A DNA stretch of 64,000 bases, from NCBI GenBank assembly GCA_048941285.1, contig JBHLNS010000003.1, positions 32,001 to 96,000 of the forward strand. Reading direction: 5' to 3'. Source of the DNA: Promethearchaeota archaeon. Lineage in GTDB: Archaea; Asgardarchaeota; Lokiarchaeia; Sigyniarchaeales; SOKP01. This document shows, one piece after another, positions 29,370 to 37,377 of the stretch. The position numbers and the translations under genes are program-made. Under the pieces are notes generated by a model that saw only the letters and a program-made list of their open reading frames with translations, did not search any database and was not told where the DNA came from. How positions within the stretch are numbered: position 1 is the stretch's first letter; each line of letters starts with the position of its first letter.

Positions 29370-30176
29370 GTGATAGAAGAAAAATTTTTGAGTGGAAAAG
29401 TAGCTTTAATAACTGGAGCTGGTAGTGGTGGATTTGGTAGAGAAATGGCAATAGCTTTTGCAAGTAAAGGGGCAAATATAGTTATAAATGATATCAATGA
29501 GGAGGGTTTAGAACAAACTCATGATATCCTTCAAAAAGAATATGATGTTGAAATTCTTATAGCAAAAGCAGATATTTCAGATTCGGGGCAAGTACAAAAA
29601 ATGGCTGAGATAGTTTTTGAGACGTTTGATAACATTTTCTTATTGGTTAACAATGCAGGAATAGATGGTGGATTATACCCCTCTTTAAAAGCAAAAGAAA
29701 TGATCTATGATAAAGTTATGGCTGTTAATTTAAAGGGTGCCTGGAATGTAACTAAAGCCTTCTATAGACAAATGAGACGACAAAAAAATTTCATCCCAAT
29801 AGCTGGAAAGATCATTAATATCGCTTCATGTGCAGGAACAGCCAATGGTACCAATCCTTATTTAGGCGTTTATAGCGCAAGCAAAGCTGGATTATTGGCT
29901 TTTACTAGATTATGGGCTCTTGAATTAGGTTCAAATAATATTACAGTAAATGCAATTTCACCAGGTGTATTTTTAACTCCAATTTATAACAATGATCCGA
30001 AACTTATCAGAGATTTTTTAAAAACTAGAGGTGTTAAAATACCTATAGACAAAATCGGCGAAGCTAAATGGGTTGCAGATGTTGCCTTGTTTTTAGCATC
30101 ACCAGCTGCAGATTATCTCACTGGCCAGAATATAATTATTGATGGTGGGATGACTCTAAGTGTAAACAAATTATAA
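29370..30176 (+). CDS. Short-chain dehydrogenase/reductase
   Basis: TGAGSGGFG, NNAG, YSASK and TGQ...DGG. Confidence 0.93.
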   Translation: MIEEKFLSGKVALITGAGSGGFGREMAIAFASKGANIVINDINEEGLEQTHDILQKEYDVEILIAKADISDSGQVQKMAEIVFETFDNIFLLVNNAGIDGGLYPSLKAKEMIYDKVMAVNLKGAWNVTKAFYRQMRRQKNFIPIAGKIINIASCAGTANGTNPYLGVYSASKAGLLAFTRLWALELGSNNITVNAISPGVFLTPIYNNDPKLIRDFLKTRGVKIPIDKIGEAKWVADVALFLASPAADYLTGQNIIIDGGMTLSVNKL

Positions 30177-30217
30177 GTTCTTTAATTTTTTAAAGTGAAG
30201 GAAAAGTAAATAAAAAT

Positions 30218-30802
30218 TTATTTACCTCGACCTTTATTAGCTCTAATACTTGGTCTTGTTTTTTCTGAACCCCAACCCTTCTTATGTAATCCCCGAGCTC
30301 TTTTTCCCGCAGATGTAAGACCACGAGTTACTCTTTTTGCATGTTGTGGTTCAGATATCCAATTAATTTGGGGATCTGACTTAATAACAGGATGATTTGG
30401 ATCTACTAAAATTGTCTCGTAATACCAATGTTTACCATCGGAATATACTTTGTAGCTATTAAGGACCTGCATGTTTGGATACTTTCTTTGAACACGTTCT
30501 TCAGCAATCCATTGAAGATTTTTACCAGTTGTGTACTTAGAAACACCCATTGCTCTTGGTTTTCTTCCACGTTTTGGCCGAATTTTATGCATTCCCCCTT
30601 TTCTTATTCTAGCTCTAACGATTATAAATCCTTGTTTTGCCTTATAACCTAAAGTTCTTGCCCGATGTATGTTCGTTGGTTTTTCAATTCTTTGAATTGA
30701 TTCACCCTTTCTATATTCAATTCCACGATACCAATGAGGTGTTTTATAACCTTTTTCATGCTTCTCAAAAGTCTCCTTTACATAACTATATCCAGACTTC
30801 AA
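30218..30802 (-). CDS. rpl15e: 50S ribosomal protein L15e
   Basis: RARTLGYKAKQG, IAEERV.RKYPN..VLNSY and RGLTSAG. Confidence 0.97.
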   Translation of the reverse strand: MKSGYSYVKETFEKHEKGYKTPHWYRGIEYRKGESIQRIEKPTNIHRARTLGYKAKQGFIIVRARIRKGGMHKIRPKRGRKPRAMGVSKYTTGKNLQWIAEERVQRKYPNMQVLNSYKVYSDGKHWYYETILVDPNHPVIKSDPQINWISEPQHAKRVTRGLTSAGKRARGLHKKGWGSEKTRPSIRANKGRGK

Positions 30803-30976
30803 TTTCTCACTGCACTCTTTTAGATTGTTATATCTTCAAAAATTTACAGAAATTAATTAATTTTATTATTTTCTATTATAGTAAAAATTTTTGGATATTC
30901 TCTAATTATATTAATTAGTAATTTTTTAATCATCATTCGCTTAAAAAATCAAAAATATATTAGAGATTTTATCACT

Positions 30977-31438
30977 ATGAAAAAGAAAAATAAAAAAGTT
31001 GAAATCGATGAATCAAATGGTTTAAAAATATCTTACGATAGAGATGATCTTAACAACAAATTTCCTCATTTGACTGAAGAAATTTCACAAAGAAAAAAAT
31101 CAATAAAAATTGAGGCTATAGATATGAATGTAGAGCAAATAAGTCACCAAAAACCTCAAGATTCTAATGATTTATGTCCTAATGAATTATATAATCCTGG
31201 TGTGATTGACTTTTTAAGGCGATGTACAAAAATTGAAGAAGCAATTGATATTTTAGATTACTTAATGAAAAGAAATGAGATTAATCATGTAGACTATACT
31301 AAATATAAAAATATAATTTCGCATGAAGGAGGGTTAAAGCAACTTATTGATCAATATGGTGGTTTAAAAAAACCGGGATATTATATGAGAAAGTATTATA
31401 AAAAGGAGACTAAAAATCAAGAATTAAATAGTAAATAG
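30977..31438 (+). CDS. DUF2095-like archaeal protein
   Basis: KFPHL..E, YNP.VIDFLRRC...EEA..I.DYL and K.PGYY. Confidence 0.75.
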   Translation: MKKKNKKVEIDESNGLKISYDRDDLNNKFPHLTEEISQRKKSIKIEAIDMNVEQISHQKPQDSNDLCPNELYNPGVIDFLRRCTKIEEAIDILDYLMKRNEINHVDYTKYKNIISHEGGLKQLIDQYGGLKKPGYYMRKYYKKETKNQELNSK

Positions 31439-31451
31439 AATTAATATCAAT

Positions 31452-31526
31452 TGACAGATGATGAACTTATGACAAAGTTAGCTACTTGCTCGGTAGCGAT
31501 GACAATGTCGCCCCAAACTGATGTCA
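31452..31526 (+). ncRNA. C/D-box guide sRNA
   Basis: Terminal stem TGACA/TGTCA, box C ATGATGA at 31458-31464, internal GCTAC/GTAGC hairpin followed by C'-like GATGA, and box D CTGA at 31518-31521. It is a GC-richer island in an intergenic gap. Confidence 0.85.
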
Positions 31527-31793
31527 TAACATATTAATTCCAAAATCTGCTTCTAGTCTTTTCCAAAACCGAATTCCTTTCTCCGTTAAAAAATATTCAT
31601 CATTATTTTGATTAATAAGCCCTAAATCACGCAAAACGGGTATTCTCCCATTTATACAAGAAATTGGCAAACCAGAGAATAATTTTATTGTTTCAAAATT
31701 TTTTGCCCCATTATTAATAGCAACTAGTATTTCAATTCCCATGTAACCTAAAAGATTTTTTAAATCTTCATGAGTTTCTTCATTTTTTGGCAT
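31524..31793 (-). CDS. Small winged-helix protein
   Basis: L.DLGLI......YFLTEKG wing motif. Confidence 0.75.
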   Translation of the reverse strand: MPKNEETHEDLKNLLGYMGIEILVAINNGAKNFETIKLFSGLPISCINGRIPVLRDLGLINQNNDEYFLTEKGIRFWKRLEADFGINML

Positions 31794-31825
31794 TATTATC
31801 CGTTCTTATAAGATTATTTTCTGAA

Positions 31826-33037
31826 TTACTTTTTTTTAGAATTTTTCCCTTTTTTGTTTTTTGTAGATTTACTATTTTCATTTCTATCTGTTTTATATTT
31901 ATCTGCTATCACAGATTCAGTTTCTTTTGGCAGTAATTTTCTCATCCATTCAGGAAATGCTGTTGTTATCTGCAAATTGGTCTTTAAAACTATATAAGTT
32001 TCACTGTTATAATTTAATTCTTCAATTACATCAAAATTCTTTAAAAATTCGATATTTTCCATTAATGATTCTAAAGACTTTTTAGACACTAATTTTGGTA
32101 ATTTATCTTTTGATATTAATCCATTTCTTAATTCTGATAGAACATTATACTTTTTTGGATCTGCCATAATTTGATACAAAGTGAAAGCATCTTCTTTTAT
32201 TTCTTCCCGAGTTTTCTTTTCATACTCACTAAAATATTCTTGAACTTTAGGGAGGAGTAATTCAATCAATTCGGGTTTATCATCGATATATTCAATAATA
32301 CTATCTGGTGGTATTCTTTCAGCATTTACTTCTTTTACTAAAAGTACATACTTCTCTACTAAACCAATTTGATTAATAAAAATAAATTGCCGTTCATCTA
32401 AAATTTCAATAATTTCATTAAAATCTTTTTCAGGATAATTTTCTATAAACCATTCTCTAAGCCCTTCTAATAAGATAGGACCTTCTGATAACTTCTCTAA
32501 TGTCATAAATATATGCTTGTCATTTAATAAGATAGCAATTTCTTCTTCTTCGGTTTTTTCCCTTGTATCTTCTAAAATGACCCAATATAGATTTTCTACC
32601 CAGGCTTTTATCAAAACCTCATTTTTTATTATTTTTTCCTGATCTTCTTCATCAAAATTATTTATATCATTTATATAAAATGCAGTATAAATTTCTTCAT
32701 TTGATTGTAACTGCTCTGAAAACTCTGTATACAGAATCGAGATTTTTTCCTCGTCTTCTGTTGTGATTTGCTGATCGAGAATTATTGAAACCATCAACAT
32801 TTCTTTATTTCCTCTTGCCCAATCTGAATGAATCTCAAAATAATAATTCAATGATTTTAGGTTTTCGAAAGAATGTGTAAAAAAACCTTCATTAAATTGC
32901 TGATCCATAATATTAGCAATTTTTAGTGCTAATTCCCTTTCTAACATGTCTCGCGGATAAGAATAAAAGACTAATGGGCCAATTTTACGATGGAAATACG
33001 ATAAAGCGATGATGGTTTTCAATAAATGAATCTCCAA
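31826..33037 (-). CDS. Longin/uDENN-domain protein (FLCN/SMCR8/NPRL2-like N-terminus) with C-terminal wHTH-like repeats
   Basis: IIALSYFHRKIGPLVFYSYP and FEIHSDWARGNKEMLMVSIILD motifs. The likely start is TTG 33022 after GGAG. Confidence 0.7.
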   Translation of the reverse strand: MEIHLLKTIIALSYFHRKIGPLVFYSYPRDMLERELALKIANIMDQQFNEGFFTHSFENLKSLNYYFEIHSDWARGNKEMLMVSIILDQQITTEDEEKISILYTEFSEQLQSNEEIYTAFYINDINNFDEEDQEKIIKNEVLIKAWVENLYWVILEDTREKTEEEEIAILLNDKHIFMTLEKLSEGPILLEGLREWFIENYPEKDFNEIIEILDERQFIFINQIGLVEKYVLLVKEVNAERIPPDSIIEYIDDKPELIELLLPKVQEYFSEYEKKTREEIKEDAFTLYQIMADPKKYNVLSELRNGLISKDKLPKLVSKKSLESLMENIEFLKNFDVIEELNYNSETYIVLKTNLQITTAFPEWMRKLLPKETESVIADKYKTDRNENSKSTKNKKGKNSKKK

Positions 33038-33229
33038 TAAGATTTAGTACTTAAATTGAAAGAACAGCTTTTTTTTCTTTACAACCTAGAATAAATTAAT
33101 ATTGAAGATTATATATTATTAAAGATAAATAAATTTATCTTAACTTAACATCTAGTATCTTAGAATACTTAATATTAGCAACAAACATAAATATTTTTAA
33201 TGAATTTTTGATAAAGTTAGAATCTGAAT

Positions 33230-33982
33230 ATGAGTCCTATAAAATTAATTGGGTTTGACCTAGATGATTGTCTTTTTGATTCAACCGGATTGTCTGAAAG
33301 AGCTAGAATTAAAGGTATTGATGCGATGATTAATTTGGGGTTAAATATAGATAAAAAAAAAGCAATTCGGATATTGAAGGAAATTGTGAAAGAATATGGT
33401 TCAAATTCATCAAAACATTATAATTATTTCATTAGAAGACTGAACCAAATGGAGGATAATATAGAATATATCTCATACAATGATCGATATAAATTTATAG
33501 CAGCAGCAGTAATGGCTTACCATGCTGAAAAGGTTAATTCAATCACTCTTTATAATGATGTAGAAGAAAGTTTAAATAAAATCCAGGAATTGTCAATAAA
33601 AACAGCGATTGTAACTGATGGAATTCCCATAAAACAATATGAAAAGATTTTAAGGCTTAATATCGATAAATTAATTGATTTAGTTGTTATTTCAGATGAA
33701 ATTGGTATTAAAAAACCAAATCCAGAACTTTTTAATTACTGCCTAAAAAAATTTGGTGTTAAAGGGCGAGAAACAATATATGTGGGAGATCGTATCGATA
33801 AAGATATAATTCCTGCTAATTTGAATGAGATATATAGTGTATACCTTCATCGTGGAGGCAAATATGACACTTATCATTCTGAAGATATTATTCAAAGAGA
33901 TATAAAACCAAATTATGAGATTACCAATTTAAATCAACTATTTCATATAATAGAAGAGATTAACAATAAAGAAAAAATCTAG
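33230..33982 (+). CDS. HAD-superfamily hydrolase
   Basis: FDLDDCL, IVTDG, KP.P..F and YVGDRIDKDI. Confidence 0.92.
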   Translation: MSPIKLIGFDLDDCLFDSTGLSERARIKGIDAMINLGLNIDKKKAIRILKEIVKEYGSNSSKHYNYFIRRLNQMEDNIEYISYNDRYKFIAAAVMAYHAEKVNSITLYNDVEESLNKIQELSIKTAIVTDGIPIKQYEKILRLNIDKLIDLVVISDEIGIKKPNPELFNYCLKKFGVKGRETIYVGDRIDKDIIPANLNEIYSVYLHRGGKYDTYHSEDIIQRDIKPNYEITNLNQLFHIIEEINNKEKI

Positions 33983-33993
33983 TAATATTTAAA

Positions 33994-34812
33994 ATGAGAG
34001 TCGCTTGTATTCAACCAGAATTATTTAAAAATAGAACAAAATGTTATAATGAAATAGAACAAATTCTAAAAGAATTACTAGAATCTCAGAAATATTGTGA
34101 TATTATATGTCTCCCCGAAAGATGGGTTCCTTATCTTAAAAACCCAACTCAGAATTTCCAAGAACAAAGAGGTACTGATTATTCTTTTGTAAAAAATTTA
34201 GCTAAAGAATATAACATAAAATTTATATCTGGTGGAATTTGGGAAAAGAGAACTAGTTCAAAAAAACCTGCAATCACTTGTTATTTTTTTGATGAAAATG
34301 GTGAAGAAATTGGAAGACAGGATAAAATCCACTTATATGGTTATGAACGGGAGCAATTTGAGCCAAGTAAAGAATTACAACTGTTTAAGTTTAATGATTC
34401 CTACTCTTTTGCAATTCTTATTTGTTTTGACATGGCTTTTTTTGAAACACCTAGATTAGCGGTTGAAAGCGGGGCGGATATTTTATTTTCACCCACTCAA
34501 ATAAGAAATGATGGAATGGAAAATTGGAATGTATATTTAAAAGCACGTGCTCTTGAAAATCGAGTTCCTATTGTGGCTTGTAATACTTTTGGGCATTATT
34601 TAAGAAGAAAATTTCTAGGTAACAGTAAAATTATTTCTTTTTATAGAGGAAATATATCTCCATCTAAATTAAAAATAATGGAAGGACCAAAGAGCTCAAG
34701 TGGTTTTATTATTGATGAGATAGACTTAAATTTTCCAAGAAAATTACGAAAAATTCGGTTTAAAGAAAAAATCGATAAATCAAAAATAAAAGTTAACATA
34801 GCTAATAAATAA
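33994..34812 (+). CDS. Carbon-nitrogen hydrolase (nitrilase superfamily)
   Basis: Glu-Lys-Cys triad in ICLPE, DKIHL and ICFD; ARALEN. Confidence 0.9.
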   Translation: MRVACIQPELFKNRTKCYNEIEQILKELLESQKYCDIICLPERWVPYLKNPTQNFQEQRGTDYSFVKNLAKEYNIKFISGGIWEKRTSSKKPAITCYFFDENGEEIGRQDKIHLYGYEREQFEPSKELQLFKFNDSYSFAILICFDMAFFETPRLAVESGADILFSPTQIRNDGMENWNVYLKARALENRVPIVACNTFGHYLRRKFLGNSKIISFYRGNISPSKLKIMEGPKSSSGFIIDEIDLNFPRKLRKIRFKEKIDKSKIKVNIANK

Positions 34813-34840
34813 ATGAATTCAATATTTTCCTATAAATGAT

Positions 34841-35797
34841 ATGAACGAATCAAGAGATTATAAAAAAATACTATTTTGTGGTTTAGAAAATGGTGGAAAA
34901 ACATCAATTTTATTAATATTAGATAAAAAATTTAGTTTACTAACTACTGTTAAACCGACTATAAAAGCAAGAAGAACTATCCACACAAACTCATTATTAG
35001 GCACCACTATTGTCCGGTGGGATTTAGGTGGTCAAAAAGTTTATAGAAAAATATATTTAGGGGATAAGAGTAGGTATTTCACAGAAATGCAATCAATTTT
35101 TTACGTTATTGATATCCAAGCACCTAAAAAATTTGAAGAAGCTATAAATTTTCTTAAAGATATAGTAAACATCACCTCAGATTCGCGCCCCGATAATTTT
35201 CAACTTTTAATTTTACTTCATAAATATGATCCAGACATTAAAAACAATAGTAATATTATAACTAACGTAAAATTTTTAGAAAATGAGATTTCATCAATTA
35301 TTAAAAACATTAAATATTCTATATTGAAAACCTCGATATATGATGAACCAAGTCTGTTAAAGGCTTTTTCTGATGGTGTTTTTTATGCCACTCACAAATC
35401 TGAAATGTTCCAAACTTTATTAAAAGATTACATGGGCAAAACTTATAATAGCTCTACGCTATTATTGGATCAGAATTGTTTTATTATTGCTAGTAGAAGT
35501 ACAAATCAAGCTTATCAAGAAATATGTGAGTCTATAGCGCCAAGGTTAACTCAAGCATTAGAAAAACTAGAAGAATGGGATATAAATACAATAGATATTG
35601 TAACAAACATAGAATTTCCAGAAAAACATTCAGAATTTCAAAAAGAAGGCATTATTTTTCTTAGAAAATTAGATATTGGAGAAACTCGACTATACTTGGT
35701 CGCACTTTGCTTAAATAAGAAGGTCAAAATTAAATCCTATGAATATTTGCCATTATTAGCAGAAAATTTAAAAAATCTTTTAGAGAGTTTTGGTTAA
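34841..35797 (+). CDS. Rag/Gtr-like small GTPase with C-terminal roadblock/longin-like domain
   Basis: G1 GLENGGKTS, G2 PT, G3 WDLGGQ, G4 HKYD, G5 TSIYD, then a C-terminal domain of about 130 aa (STLLLDQNCFIIAS). Confidence 0.82.
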   Translation: MNESRDYKKILFCGLENGGKTSILLILDKKFSLLTTVKPTIKARRTIHTNSLLGTTIVRWDLGGQKVYRKIYLGDKSRYFTEMQSIFYVIDIQAPKKFEEAINFLKDIVNITSDSRPDNFQLLILLHKYDPDIKNNSNIITNVKFLENEISSIIKNIKYSILKTSIYDEPSLLKAFSDGVFYATHKSEMFQTLLKDYMGKTYNSSTLLLDQNCFIIASRSTNQAYQEICESIAPRLTQALEKLEEWDINTIDIVTNIEFPEKHSEFQKEGIIFLRKLDIGETRLYLVALCLNKKVKIKSYEYLPLLAENLKNLLESFG

Positions 35798-36014
35798 TTT
35801 TAGATTTTAATTTTAAGTTAAGTTTTTAAAATCTGATTTTCATCTTAGAGCAACTAATTATGTCAGATTTATTGTAACTTCTTAAAATTATGAAAAACAT
35901 CAATTTTGAAACAGAAATCTAAAAATATAATTTTTAATTTTACTTCCAATCACCCCTCTGTGGGAGGGGTTTAAATATATATTTTTAAAGTTATTATAAA
36001 AAAAGGCAAAAAAT

Positions 36015-37208
36015 ATGATTATAAAGTCCAATGTAAACAAAAATTATATAGGCCCTAAAGCACTCTTTGACCCAAATTATGTACCACCTCGCTTATTGTA
36101 CAGAAAAAAAGAGGAGAACTCCTTACATTCAATTTTAAATGATTCAATTTCTGACCAATTTTCACTTAACATTCTTTATCACGGAATGAATGGGATAGGT
36201 AAAAAAGTAATAGTGAACAAAGTTATAAACGATCTTTTAATAGAAAAAGGAGATTGTTTAAAAATCAATAAAATTAGTGTAGATTGTAAAGAAAAAGAAA
36301 TTGATGACTTACTTTTATCATTATTAAATGAATTAACAAACTGTTCTGATGTTAATTTCAATTATCAAACTATTTTAAATTCAAGTCTTTCACATTTATG
36401 GAATACCTTTAAGTTCATTTGTAATAAACTTGATTCTCATCTATTTTTTATATTTAATAATGTTGAATATTTAGATCCTGAAATATTTCAAAAATTCTTA
36501 CTTTTCAGTAAAGAAACAAATATTACTTTAATTTCTACAATAAATAAATTTTTAAAACCAGGTTATATGGACTTACTTTCTGAATTTGATTTTAAGCATA
36601 AATTAAACTTCTTCTCATACCACGAGCTTTATTCTATTCTTAAACAACGAGTTCTTTTAAGTTTTTCAAATGAAATTGATAAAGACTTAATTAGATATAT
36701 AACAGATTTAATATGCGAAGAATATGCCCCTGTTCCAGGAAAAGGCATTGAAATTCTTCGAGATATATATCCAATTATAAAAAATAATAAAGAATACCGG
36801 AATTTTGAATTATTAGAAATTTGTCAAAATGAGTTTGACTCATTTCAAATCTCTGATGAATTTAGCTTAATAAATTATCTTTCGGAAGAGGATATGCTTA
36901 CTGTGATATTCTTAGATAATCTTTCTAATCATTTTATGCATAAGATGAATTATTATATTTCATTTAATAAATTAAGGGAATCCTATGAACTTTCATGCGA
37001 AACATTAGAATATAAAAAAGATATTAATGAGTTTTACTGCCTAATTGAAGAGTTGTTAAATATGGGTATTATTAAACCCTCAAAAAGAACAAAATCCAAA
37101 AATAATGTTAATAACGGTTTTAATAATAGAAATTGTGATTTTTTCTTTACAATAATAAACCCAAAACAGATAAAGGTTATAATTGATACAATTTTTAACC
37201 AATATTAA
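36015..37208 (+). CDS. Orc1/Cdc6-family protein with degenerate ATPase motifs
   Basis: FDPNYVPPRLLYR..E N-terminus, GMNGIGKK Walker A, FIFNNVE Walker B, ELYSILKQR and a C-terminal wHTH. Confidence 0.78.
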   Translation: MIIKSNVNKNYIGPKALFDPNYVPPRLLYRKKEENSLHSILNDSISDQFSLNILYHGMNGIGKKVIVNKVINDLLIEKGDCLKINKISVDCKEKEIDDLLLSLLNELTNCSDVNFNYQTILNSSLSHLWNTFKFICNKLDSHLFFIFNNVEYLDPEIFQKFLLFSKETNITLISTINKFLKPGYMDLLSEFDFKHKLNFFSYHELYSILKQRVLLSFSNEIDKDLIRYITDLICEEYAPVPGKGIEILRDIYPIIKNNKEYRNFELLEICQNEFDSFQISDEFSLINYLSEEDMLTVIFLDNLSNHFMHKMNYYISFNKLRESYELSCETLEYKKDINEFYCLIEELLNMGIIKPSKRTKSKNNVNNGFNNRNCDFFFTIINPKQIKVIIDTIFNQY

Positions 37209-37377
37209 AAAAATTTAATATATAATCTTAATATTAGTAGGCTGAAAAGAAAAAGTTAATTGGATATGATTTAAAACCCCAGAAAACGGATTTCAGTTTT
37301 TTTTTTATTATATTATATATTTATAGGTGTAATCACACTATTTTTTTAATAATGAAGAGTACAAATGGAGATAAATT

